Notes under the pieces: model-generated
Told to the model about the DNA's origin: nothing
The model's database searches: none
What the model saw: only the letters and a program-made list of their open reading frames with translations
NCBI GenBank assembly: GCA_049976725.1
Contig: JBMFHR010000003.1
Coordinates: forward strand, 45,778-69,777
Origin: Conexivisphaera sp.
GTDB taxonomy: Archaea; Thermoproteota; Nitrososphaeria; Conexivisphaerales; Conexivisphaeraceae
Direction of reading: 5' to 3'
DNA: 24,000 nucleotides
In this document: one piece after another, positions 16,618-24,000 of the stretch
Layout: each line of letters begins with the position of its first letter
Position numbering within the stretch: the stretch's first letter is position 1
Program-made: the position numbers and the translations under genes

Positions 16618-17949
16618 ATGTCCGAGAGGCAGAAACCGTCTAAACCGCACCTCAACATAGTCGTGGTGGGGCACGTCGACCACGGGAAGTCGACCCTCAC
16701 GGGCCACCTTCTCTACCGCCTGGGGAAGGTCGACGCGAGGACCATAGAGGAGTACGCGAAGATGTCCGAGAAGCTGGGTGCGGGCGACACCTTCAAGTTC
16801 GCCTGGGTCCTGGATCGGCTCAAGGAGGAGAGGGAGAGGGGGATCACGATAGATCTGGCGTTCCAGGACTTCGAGACGAAGAAGTACTACTGGACCCTCA
16901 TAGACGCGCCCGGCCACAGGGACTTCGTCAAGAACATGATCACTGGCGCCAGCCAGGCCGACGCCGCCATACTGGTGGTGTCCGCGAAGCCCGGCGAGAC
17001 CGAGTCCGCGCTGTCGGACGAGGGCCAGGCCAGGGAGCACGCGTTCCTCCTCAAGACCCTCGGCGTCAACCAGATCGTGGTCGCGATAAACAAGATGGAC
17101 GCGACCACCCCGCCCTACGATCAGAAGCGCTACGAGGAGGTCAAGAACGCTGTGACGAGCCTCCTCAAGCTCGTGGGGTACAAGGTCGACAAGATCAGGT
17201 TCGTTCCCGTTTCGGGGTGGAAGGGCGACAACCTGGTGGAGCCCTCGCCGAACACGCCCTGGTACAAGGGCCCGACGCTCGTCGAGGCGCTGGACGAGCT
17301 CGAGGAGCCGCCGAAGCCGGTCGACAAGCCGCTGAGGATACCCGTGCAGGACGTGTACTCGATAACCGGCGTCGGCACCGTGCCGGTGGGCCGCGTTGAG
17401 ACCGGGATCCTGAAGGTGGGCGACACCGTCGTCATCATGCCGTCGGGCGCCGTGGGCGAGGTCAAGTCCATAGAGACCCATCACACGCCGATACAGGAGG
17501 CCCTGCCGGGCGACAACATAGGTTTCAACATCAGGGGCGTCTCGAAGGACGACGTCAAGCGCGGCTACGTCGTGGGACACCTGGACAACCCGCCGACCGT
17601 CGTCAAGGAGTTCGTCGCGCGCATAATAGTCGTGTTCCACCCGACCGCGTTCGCGGCCGGCTACACGCCCGTGCTCCACGCGCACACCGCGCAGGTCCCC
17701 GCGCAGGTGACGGAGCTCTTGCAGAAGCTGGACCCGCGCACCGGCCAGGTGACCGAGGAGAACCCCAAGAGCCTCAAGACGGGCGACGCGGCCGTGGTCA
17801 AGATCAGGCCCCTGAAGCCGCTGAGCATCGAGGAGTACAAGAGCATACCGCAGCTCGGAAGGTTCGCGCTGAGGGACTCCGGCAGGACGATCGCGGCCGG
17901 CGTCGTCGAGAAGATAACCGAGGTCCAGGAAATCAAGATAAAGAAGTGA
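16618..17949 (+). CDS. tuf: translation elongation factor 1-alpha (aEF1A)
   Basis: GTPase motifs are NIVVVGHVDHGKST, DAPGHRDF and NKMD. The length is about 443 aa from the ATG at 16618. Confidence 0.97.
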   Translation: MSERQKPSKPHLNIVVVGHVDHGKSTLTGHLLYRLGKVDARTIEEYAKMSEKLGAGDTFKFAWVLDRLKEERERGITIDLAFQDFETKKYYWTLIDAPGHRDFVKNMITGASQADAAILVVSAKPGETESALSDEGQAREHAFLLKTLGVNQIVVAINKMDATTPPYDQKRYEEVKNAVTSLLKLVGYKVDKIRFVPVSGWKGDNLVEPSPNTPWYKGPTLVEALDELEEPPKPVDKPLRIPVQDVYSITGVGTVPVGRVETGILKVGDTVVIMPSGAVGEVKSIETHHTPIQEALPGDNIGFNIRGVSKDDVKRGYVVGHLDNPPTVVKEFVARIIVVFHPTAFAAGYTPVLHAHTAQVPAQVTELLQKLDPRTGQVTEENPKSLKTGDAAVVKIRPLKPLSIEEYKSIPQLGRFALRDSGRTIAAGVVEKITEVQEIKIKK

Positions 17950-17998
17950 CCCGATCGCAGCATTCGGATCTGATCGCAATTATATAATTAATGGTAAT

Positions 17999-18020
17999 TA
18001 AATCTAAATGAAAATAGATA
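17999..18020 (-). terminator. T-rich tract downstream of the GNAT gene, within an AT-rich convergent spacer
   Basis: The minus strand reads TCTATTTTCATTTAGATTTA immediately after the GNAT stop (18023-18025). Archaeal termination typically uses oligo-T. The tract is part of a strikingly AT-rich island (about 17978-18022) in otherwise GC-rich DNA. Confidence 0.4.
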
Positions 18021-18022
18021 TT

Positions 18023-18499
18023 TCAGCGCACTTCCTTCGCGAAGACGCCGGTTATCTCCCTGAAGCCTATCTTGCTGTAGAAGCCCTCAGCTATGACGTT
18101 CTTGGCGGGGAACTCCGCGAAGATCATCTCGGCCCCCTTGGACCTGAGGGCCTTCTCGGCCTCCTCCACCAGCCTGTACCCGAGCCCGCGCCTCCTGTAC
18201 TCGGGCATCAGGTAGACGTCCACTATCTGTCCCACGATGCGCGGCTTGTAGAAGCACCTGTCCACGATCTTCCCTATCAGGACGCCCTCGGCCTTCCCGC
18301 CGTCGTCCACCACCAGGACCACGTAATTGGAGTCCTTGATCACGCTCTGGACGTACTTGCTCACCTCGTTCTCCAGCTCCTCCACCGGCGTGAGGAGCGG
18401 GTCGAACTCGCCGTTCAGGCGCTTGAGCCTAGACACTAGGTCCACTAGGCGCTGCGCGTCCTCGCTCCTGGCCGGCCTGATGGATACGGAACTCACCAT
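18023..18499 (-). CDS. GNAT-family N-acetyltransferase
   Basis: 158 aa with acetyl-CoA motif A, VDVYLMPEYRRRGLGYRLVEEAEKALRSKGA. It starts 6 nt downstream of the malic enzyme stop, so it is likely co-transcribed. Confidence 0.8.
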   Translation of the reverse strand: MVSSVSIRPARSEDAQRLVDLVSRLKRLNGEFDPLLTPVEELENEVSKYVQSVIKDSNYVVLVVDDGGKAEGVLIGKIVDRCFYKPRIVGQIVDVYLMPEYRRRGLGYRLVEEAEKALRSKGAEMIFAEFPAKNVIAEGFYSKIGFREITGVFAKEVR

Positions 18500-18505
18500 G
18501 GCGGG

Positions 18506-19834
18506 TCACGCACTCGGCATCGGGCTAATTAAGTTATTCCTGACGAGGATCTCCAGCGTCTCCCTGGACTGCTTTATCATGGAGTAGGCGTGGTCGTAGA
18601 TCTCGTCCTTGGACAACTTGACCCTGGCCAGCCCCAGCTCTATCGCCTTGAGCCCCACGGCTGTGGCAACCCTCGGGTAAACCTCCCACTCCTCCATCGT
18701 CGGTATTATGTATTCCTCCGAGAGGCCGCGCTCCTCGGCGTACTTGGCCAGCTCCAGCGCAGCCGTTATCACCATCTCGTCCAGTATCTTCTTGGCCCTC
18801 ACGTCGAGCGTCCCCCTGAAGACCGCGGGGAACACGAGGCTGTTGTTTATCTGGTTGGGGAAGTCGCTCCTGCCGGTCGCGACTATCCTGGCCCCCGCCT
18901 CCTTGGCCTCCCACGGCCATATCTCGGGCACCGGGTTGGCCTCCGCGAACACTATGGCGTTATCCTTCATCTTCATGACGTGCTCCTTCCTCACCACGCC
19001 CGGACCGGGAGTCGAGGCGGCTATCAGGACGTCGGCGCCCTTGATCGCCTCGTCCAGCCCGCCGGACACGCGCTCCCCGTTCGTCTTGAGGGCCAGCTCG
19101 TACTTCCACGGATGGTTCAGCTGCAGCTTGTCCATGTCCTCCCTCTCCGGGTGCAGCGCGCCCTTGCTGTCTATCAGTATTATCTTCTTGGGGTCCGCGC
19201 CCGCCGCTATTATGAGCCTGGCGCCCGCGATGTTCGCGGCGCCGGCGCCCAGCATGACGATCTTGACGTCGCTCAGCTTCTTGCCCACGACCTTCAGCGC
19301 GTTGACGAGCCCGGCCAGCGTGGCTGCCGCGGTGCCCAGCTGGTCGTCGTGCCACACGGGGATGTCGAGGGTCTCCCTGAGCCTGTCCAGGAGGTAGAAG
19401 CAGTCGGGCTGGGCTATGTCCTCCAGGTTTATCCCGCCGAAGGCCGGGGACACGCGCTCGGCCACCTCGGCGAGCTCCTCCTTGGTCCTGGCCCTGACGA
19501 CCAGCGGGAACGCGTCGACCCCTCCCAGGTACTTGAATATCATGGCCTTGCCCTCCATGACGGGCAGCGCCGCCTCGGGGCCGATGTTCCCCAGCCCCAG
19601 GACCCTGGTGCCGTTCGTAAGAACCGCTATCGTGTTCCACCTGCTGGTGAGCTCGAAGCTCTTGTCGGGATCCTTGGCTATGGTATTGGACACCCCGGCC
19701 ACGCCGGGCGTGTACCATATGGAGAAATCGTCGAGCGACCTCACCGGAACCTTGGGCACGATCTGTATCTTGCCGCCGTAGAACTTGCTCAGCGAAACCG
19801 CCGTCCTGTAGTACTCCTCAGTCTTCTCGCTCAT
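18506..19834 (-). CDS. NAD(P)-dependent malic enzyme (short, ~440-aa type)
   Basis: Motifs are LSKFYGGKIQI.PKVP, WYTPGVA, VLGLGNIGPEAALPVMEGKAMIFKYLGGVDAFP and the dinucleotide-binding MLGAGAANIA. Confidence 0.88.
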   Translation of the reverse strand: MSEKTEEYYRTAVSLSKFYGGKIQIVPKVPVRSLDDFSIWYTPGVAGVSNTIAKDPDKSFELTSRWNTIAVLTNGTRVLGLGNIGPEAALPVMEGKAMIFKYLGGVDAFPLVVRARTKEELAEVAERVSPAFGGINLEDIAQPDCFYLLDRLRETLDIPVWHDDQLGTAAATLAGLVNALKVVGKKLSDVKIVMLGAGAANIAGARLIIAAGADPKKIILIDSKGALHPEREDMDKLQLNHPWKYELALKTNGERVSGGLDEAIKGADVLIAASTPGPGVVRKEHVMKMKDNAIVFAEANPVPEIWPWEAKEAGARIVATGRSDFPNQINNSLVFPAVFRGTLDVRAKKILDEMVITAALELAKYAEERGLSEEYIIPTMEEWEVYPRVATAVGLKAIELGLARVKLSKDEIYDHAYSMIKQSRETLEILVRNNLISPMPSA

Positions 19835-19943
19835 CGAATCGGGCGTCCCCCGGGATCCCTTTTACGTTTATCGTCCCAGGGCAGTTTCACTCACTGGCTA
19901 ATTATTTACTATTACATACGTGCATGGGCCGCGCGGAGGGAGC

Positions 19944-20020
19944 TGGCGGGCCCGACGGGATTCGAACCCGCGACCGACCGGTTAAGAGCCGGTCGCTCTA
20001 CCTGGCTGAGCTACGGGCCC
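19944..20020 (-). tRNA. tRNA-Lys (anticodon CTT), 3' CCA encoded
   Basis: The reverse complement folds by hand as GGGCCCG TA GCTC AGCCAGGTA GAGC G ACCGG CTCTTAA CCGGT CGGTC GCGGG TTCGAAT CCCGT CGGGCCC G CCA. All four stems pair, with one G:T wobble at the base of the T stem. Confidence 0.92.
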
Positions 20021-20041
20021 CTGGGGGCACTTCCGGCCGCG

Positions 20042-20049
20042 TTATTTAA
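20042..20049 (-). promoter_or_regulatory. TATA box for tRNA-Lys
   Basis: The minus strand reads TTAAATAA, 22-29 nt upstream of the tRNA 5' end at 20020. Confidence 0.6.
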
Positions 20050-20133
20050 GCTTGACCGCGATCGGCGCCGCCGGGTCCGGCCACTCCCGGGCACTGCTAA
20101 CGATAATTAGGCACGCCCTCGTCGGCCCGTCGG

Positions 20134-21225
20134 ATGACGCTCGTGATGGTGGGCATGGGCATACACGGCGCCCGGGGGATGCCCGCAGGCGCCATCGACG
20201 ACCTGAGGAAGTGCGGCCGCGTGCTGCTCGACGCCTACACGACTCCGCTCGACGTGTCGAGGACGCTGGAGGAGCTGCGCGATCTCCTGGGAGTGGAGGT
20301 CGTGGCGGCCGGGAGGGAGGCGCTCGAGGACGCGGCCGCCCTGGCTAGGGAGGCGGCCGCGGGGTGCCTGGGGTTGGTGGTTCCCGGCGACGTCTTCGCC
20401 GCGACGACCCACGAAGCTATACGGCAGGAAGCGCTGAGATCTGGCATCGAGGTCAGGGTCTGGCACTCCTCCAGCGTGGTGAACGCGGCGCTCGGCAGGC
20501 TGGGGCTGCACCTGTACAAGTTGGGCTTCGTGGGGACCCTCGTGGAGGGGCCCCCTCAGGCCGCCTACAGGGTCTACTTCGGCGTCACGAATGCCCTCAG
20601 GAACAACCAGCACTCGCTGATCCTGATCCAGCACGATGCCGCCAGCGGCGAGGGACTGGACGTGGGCACCGCCCTCGGCCTCCTGAGGGAGGCGGAGGAG
20701 TCCTGGCGCCTAGGGACCTTCGACGGCAGCCGGGTAATAGTGGTGGTCTCCAGGCTCTACTCCGGCTCGGAGGGCATAAGGGTCATCAGGCTGGAGGACG
20801 CGGCGTCGGCTTCCTTCGGCGATCACCCGCACACGATAGTGGTGCCTGGGCGCCTGCACTACACGGAGGCCGAGTCCCTGCGGCTGGTGACCGGCGCGCC
20901 CGAGGATCTGCTCTCGGACGCGGGCCGCCTCCCCGCCTCGCTCGGGGCAAGGCTCGCCAGGACGGCGATAGATAAGACGAGGAGGGCGTTGCCCAAGTTC
21001 AGGGCTTCGCTGGGGGCCTCTCCCGGCGTGGGTGCGGTGTTGGAGAACGTTGACAGCTACCTGTCGGACGCCGAGAGGTTCCTCTCGGAAGGCAACGTGG
21101 AGCTGGCGATCGCCGAGGCCGGGTACGCGGAGGGCCTGCTCGATTCCCTCAGGCTCCTGGGGATGGCGGCCGTGGACTGGCGAACTACCTCGCCAGGCCG
21201 GAGGACACTGGATCCTCGGGCTTGA
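20134..21225 (+). CDS. dph5: diphthine synthase (Dph5/DphB) with a ~100-aa C-terminal helical extension
   Basis: The first ~260 aa follow the Dph5 pattern (MVGMGIHG..., VPGDVFAATTHEAIRQEA, GLHLYKLG, FGDHPHTIVVPGRLHYTEAESL). About 100 further residues follow in the same frame. A weak TATA-like GATAATTA at 20102-20109 lies 25 nt upstream of the ATG. Confidence 0.85.
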   Translation: MTLVMVGMGIHGARGMPAGAIDDLRKCGRVLLDAYTTPLDVSRTLEELRDLLGVEVVAAGREALEDAAALAREAAAGCLGLVVPGDVFAATTHEAIRQEALRSGIEVRVWHSSSVVNAALGRLGLHLYKLGFVGTLVEGPPQAAYRVYFGVTNALRNNQHSLILIQHDAASGEGLDVGTALGLLREAEESWRLGTFDGSRVIVVVSRLYSGSEGIRVIRLEDAASASFGDHPHTIVVPGRLHYTEAESLRLVTGAPEDLLSDAGRLPASLGARLARTAIDKTRRALPKFRASLGASPGVGAVLENVDSYLSDAERFLSEGNVELAIAEAGYAEGLLDSLRLLGMAAVDWRTTSPGRRTLDPRA

Positions 21226-22258
21226 GGAGCTCCCTCAGCACTACCGTCGCGTAGCTGCCGCGCTGCAACAGCATCTTCAGGACCGTGGCGCCGTCGTCCT
21301 CGCGGTGCCTCATCGCGCCGACGATGACTGCGGGCCTCCAGCTGCCCTCGGCGCTGACCTCCGGCATCTCGTCCACGTAGAAGTCCCGGGAGCTCACGCC
21401 CTCATCCCTGAGGACGGCGTTGAGCGCCCCGGAGTACTCGTCCCCCCTGCTCCTGTACGAGTAACCCGGCACCGGCGCCGATGGGACCGCGGCGACCCCG
21501 TCGGCCGGTTCCGCCCTGGGCTCCTCGATCGCCCTCGGGAAGGGGCGCCTCACCACCCTGTGCGAAACGGCCGAGCGCCTGGGCAGCTCCCCCCGCTCCA
21601 CTAGGAGGCGGCTGAGCGCCATGTTGAACAGGTACGACTGGTACGCGTTCACCATCAGCTTCCGCAGGCGCAGCGGCATTGACCTGAGCGACCTCCAGTC
21701 GGGGCACGCGCGCGGATCGTGCTTCACGATGCACCTGCCCACGGCCTGGTTCTGGTTCACCGCGCCGAACCTCTGGTAGCCGAAGAAGTTGGCGATCATC
21801 CCGGAATCCAGCGCCCGCGAGATCTCCTCGGCTGGGCCGCCGTGGCTTCCGGTCACCCTGATCGCGAACGCGTTGCCCGCGAAGTGCCCGGGCCCGAGCT
21901 CCTCCCAGAATCCGATGAGCCTGGCTCTCCAGCCGGGTCCCTCGAGGGATTCAACCGCGGGGCCCGCCCTGGCGCACTGCATGAACTGCGTGGTGACCGC
22001 CTGCCTGTCCTTGAGGCCCCAGAACCTGATCCTGCAACCGAGCCTCCTGCCAAGCTCCTCCGCCACGTCGATCGTGTTCCTGCCGATCTTGGTCACGGTG
22101 AACGTCGGCACCGGTCCCCGCCCCGGCCTCTCCGAGAGCACCTCTGCCACGATGAAGTCCTCCGGCCTCCCCTTGACGGAGCCGGGGAGCGCGCGCGCTC
22201 CCGTGGAGTAGGCCAGCATGCCGAGCTGCACGTCCAGCTCGGGGGGCACCACGCGCAT
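21185..22258 (-). CDS. truD: tRNA pseudouridine synthase D (TruD/Pus7 family)
   Basis: Motifs are PEDFIVAEV, FWGLKDRQAVTTQFM (catalytic Asp motif) and NFFGYQRFG. Its 3' end overlaps the dph5 3' end by 41 nt (convergent). A TATA-like TAAAGCTATA on the minus strand at about 22285-22294 lies in the 50-nt gap after pth2. Confidence 0.88.
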   Translation of the reverse strand: MRVVPPELDVQLGMLAYSTGARALPGSVKGRPEDFIVAEVLSERPGRGPVPTFTVTKIGRNTIDVAEELGRRLGCRIRFWGLKDRQAVTTQFMQCARAGPAVESLEGPGWRARLIGFWEELGPGHFAGNAFAIRVTGSHGGPAEEISRALDSGMIANFFGYQRFGAVNQNQAVGRCIVKHDPRACPDWRSLRSMPLRLRKLMVNAYQSYLFNMALSRLLVERGELPRRSAVSHRVVRRPFPRAIEEPRAEPADGVAAVPSAPVPGYSYRSRGDEYSGALNAVLRDEGVSSRDFYVDEMPEVSAEGSWRPAVIVGAMRHREDDGATVLKMLLQRGSYATVVLRELLKPEDPVSSGLAR

Positions 22259-22308
22259 GCCGCCGTTGCGGCCGGCCGGCCTCCTATAGCTTTAGGGCCT
22301 CGATGCGC

Positions 22309-22692
22309 TCACAGCAGCTTGAGATCGCCCGTCACGCGGTCAACTTCCCCGACGGGCGCCGGCCCTATCCCCACGCACGTGATGGTCCCTGGCTCCAGCT
22401 GGGTCAATCCCCTGTCCGCTATGAGCGCCGTCGGTATCCCCGCGGCCCGCGCCGCCTCGTACCTGCGCATCAGCTCGTCCAGGTCCTTAACCTTGGTCAC
22501 TATCTTGGGTTGCCCCTCGGAGAGCCACTCGGCGGCCCAGCCGGGCCTGGACTTCTCGGCCTCCTTGAGCGCGGAGACGGCCGCATGAGCGACCTGCGCC
22601 GCCAGCTTGCCCCTGCCCATCGCTATGTCAGTGCGGACCACTATCACCTGCTTGTACCTGTAAGCATACCCGCGCTCCTCGGGATCGACCAA
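22309..22692 (-). CDS. pth2: peptidyl-tRNA hydrolase, archaeal/eukaryotic Pth2 type
   Basis: Motifs are YKQVIVVRTDIAMGRGKLAAQVAHAAV and the C-terminal TCVGIGPAP....VDRVTGDLKLL. I prefer the in-frame TTG at 22692 (127 aa, the usual Pth2 size), with GTTAATTC on the minus strand at 22716-22723, 24 nt upstream. The track's ATG at 22776 would add a 28-aa Gly/Pro/Arg-rich tail and leave no promoter space. Confidence 0.85.
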   Translation of the reverse strand: MVDPEERGYAYRYKQVIVVRTDIAMGRGKLAAQVAHAAVSALKEAEKSRPGWAAEWLSEGQPKIVTKVKDLDELMRRYEAARAAGIPTALIADRGLTQLEPGTITCVGIGPAPVGEVDRVTGDLKLL

Positions 22693-22842
22693 CGGTAGCG
22701 CGTCGCCGGTCCCTGGAATTAACGTTGCTGGTCGATCGGCAGGCCCGCGCGGGCCTCCCCTCCCGAACCGGGCCATTTGGGTCGAGGGAACCCGGATCCG
22801 AATCCGGAAACGAAAAAAGCTCGTCGGGGCCTTTGGACGGGC

Positions 22843-24000
22843 GTGCGGCGCGACGTCGCGGTGGTCGGCGGCGGCCCGGCTGGCCTCTCGGCGGCGGCCC
22901 GGCTGGCCTCGATGGGCTACTCAGTCCTGCTCCTGGAGGACGACAGCGAGATAGGCTACCCTGTCAAGTGCGCCGGCATAATCTCGTCCGATGGCCTCTC
23001 GGTGATAGCCGGTGCCTGCGGCCGCGCCCCGGACGGAGTCAGGTTGGAGAGCGGCGAGGTCGAGGTGCTGGGGCACGGCAGGATCGAGCTGGGAATAGGC
23101 GGCCTCGGCGCCTTCGCGGTAGATCGTCGGGCGATCGATAGGTGCCTCTTCGACGCCGCGGCCTCGCACGGCGTCGACCTCAGGCTCTCGGAGAGGGCGC
23201 TCGACGTGTCACCGGGCGCCGTGACGACCAGGAGGGACCGCTACGAGGCCAGGGCGATAGTGGATTCCAGGGGCGCTCCCGCGTATCCCAGGAAGGATCG
23301 CCTGCTCAGCGCCACACAGTACTTCTGCCGCACCAGGGGGGCGGCGCGCGAGGGCCACGTGAGGATAATAGTCGACAAGGGCTCGTCGCGCGAGTACTTC
23401 TTCTGGGAGGTCTGGACGCGCGGCGGCGAGCTCCTCGTAGGCGGCGCCGGCAGGTCCCCAGCCTCCGTGGAAGCGATGGTGGACTCCCTCCGCGCCAGGG
23501 CTGACTGCGCTCCCTTCAGGGTGGTGAGATCCCCCATAGTGGTGGGCGGCTTCGCGGGGCCGGGATCGAGGGGGGTCTTCAGGGTGGGGGATTCCGCGGG
23601 CAACGCGAAGCCGCTGACCGGAGGAGGCGACGTGCTGAGCCTGGTCGCTTCGGAGATGGCCTCCAGGGCCATTTCAGGCTACCTGGACGGCGAGCTGAGC
23701 CTGGCGGAATCGCACGCGCTCTACGGGCGCTCCTGGAGGACCAGGTATGGCAGGGAGGAATCGGCCCAGCTGGCGCTCCGCGGGCTCTACGAGCGCATGG
23801 ATGGGGACGATGTGTGGGACGCATTGGAGAAGCTCAGGGATGCCGGCGCGCTCGACAGGATCAACGCGGGCTTCGACTCGCTCGGCGGATGGCTGATCGC
23901 CTCGCTGGGCGTCAGGGTCCTGGGCGGGATGATCCTGAGGCGCCTGCGCGCCGCGGCGGGGCACCGGGACGCGGCTTCCGCGGGTGCCGAGAGCTCGTAG
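22843..24000 (+). CDS. geranylgeranyl reductase family FAD-dependent oxidoreductase
   Basis: The FAD fold DVAVVGGGPAGLSAAARLASMGYSVLLLE lies at the N-terminus if the GTG at 22843 is used. The motif GDSAGNAKPLTGGGD is typical of the GGR/FixC family. The stop TAG falls exactly at 23998-24000. The track's start at 22777 adds a low-complexity leader abutting the pth2 ORF. Confidence 0.8.
   Translation: MRRDVAVVGGGPAGLSAAARLASMGYSVLLLEDDSEIGYPVKCAGIISSDGLSVIAGACGRAPDGVRLESGEVEVLGHGRIELGIGGLGAFAVDRRAIDRCLFDAAASHGVDLRLSERALDVSPGAVTTRRDRYEARAIVDSRGAPAYPRKDRLLSATQYFCRTRGAAREGHVRIIVDKGSSREYFFWEVWTRGGELLVGGAGRSPASVEAMVDSLRARADCAPFRVVRSPIVVGGFAGPGSRGVFRVGDSAGNAKPLTGGGDVLSLVASEMASRAISGYLDGELSLAESHALYGRSWRTRYGREESAQLALRGLYERMDGDDVWDALEKLRDAGALDRINAGFDSLGGWLIASLGVRVLGGMILRRLRAAAGHRDAASAGAESS

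Noticed and set aside
18023-19834. Malic enzyme and the GNAT acetyltransferase are separated by only 6 nt, suggesting an acetylation-based regulatory pair.
   Set aside because: GNAT genes are abundant and promiscuously located. Adjacency alone, without conservation data, does not support a functional link.
372-20110. Many long ORFs in alternative or antisense frames. Examples: 372..1253(-), 482..1345(+), 1355..3064(+), 4595..5557(-), 8009..8770(-), 8791..10101(+), 10630..11514(-), 11418..13244(+), 13558..14598(-), 13995..14843(-), 14516..15520(-), 16297..17979(-), 18590..20110(+).
   Set aside because: All overlap strongly recognisable conserved genes. Their translations are Arg/Pro/Gly/His-rich low-complexity strings with no motifs. 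Stop-poor alternative frames are expected in GC-rich DNA. There is no independent evidence for overlapping genes.
1-24000. I searched by eye for CRISPR-like regularly spaced repeats, long direct or inverted terminal repeats, integrase/transposase/toxin-antitoxin-like ORFs, att duplications of tRNA 3' halves, and defence-island signatures.
   Set aside because: None were found. The only repeats are short (6-14 nt) palindromes in promoter regions. Apart from the tuf-downstream spacer, composition and codon usage look uniform, so there is no evidence of a horizontally acquired island.

Overview
This window is a GC-rich archaeal chromosomal segment. Arg is mostly AGG and Ile mostly ATA, a bias typical of thermophilic TACK-type archaea. 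It is almost entirely housekeeping. The centre is the conserved transcription/translation supercluster rpoH-rpoB-rpoA-rpl30e-nusA-rps12-rps7-tuf (7158-17949, + strand). Flanking it on the left are iorAB (partial), a divergent tRNA-splicing pair (rtcB <-> endA), a UbiA-family lipid prenyltransferase, the RFC large subunit, tRNA-Arg(CCT), a purine-type phosphoribosyltransferase and a small acidic hypothetical protein. On the right are a GNAT acetyltransferase, malic enzyme, tRNA-Lys(CTT), diphthine synthase, truD, pth2 and a geranylgeranyl-reductase-family flavoprotein. Genes are tightly packed with 1-4 nt start/stop overlaps (ATGA, GTGA, TTGA, TGATG). Several starts are non-ATG. A/T-rich TATA-like boxes sit about 22-30 nt upstream of first-gene start codons and of tRNA 5' ends, which suggests mostly leaderless transcripts. 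I see no CRISPR array, transposase, integrase, toxin-antitoxin or recognisable defence system, and I do not think this window hides one. Seven things merit a second look: (1) rpoA is one unsplit 1273-codon ORF rather than A'/A''. (2) A 57-codon C2H2-type zinc-finger ORF, below the ORF-track cutoff, abuts the rtcB stop. (3) The endA homolog seems to have Asp where the catalytic His is expected. (4) Diphthine synthase carries a ~100-aa helical C-terminal extension that resembles DUF357. (5) A ~640-bp gene-poor stretch (5501-6138) next to tRNA-Arg contains frame-switching hydrophobic ORF fragments. (6) tuf is not followed by rps10. (7) pth2 and the reductase gene are drawn as back-to-back ORFs whose real starts are probably internal, exposing a palindrome-bearing divergent control region. 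All protein identifications rest on motifs I recognise by eye; no database search was possible.
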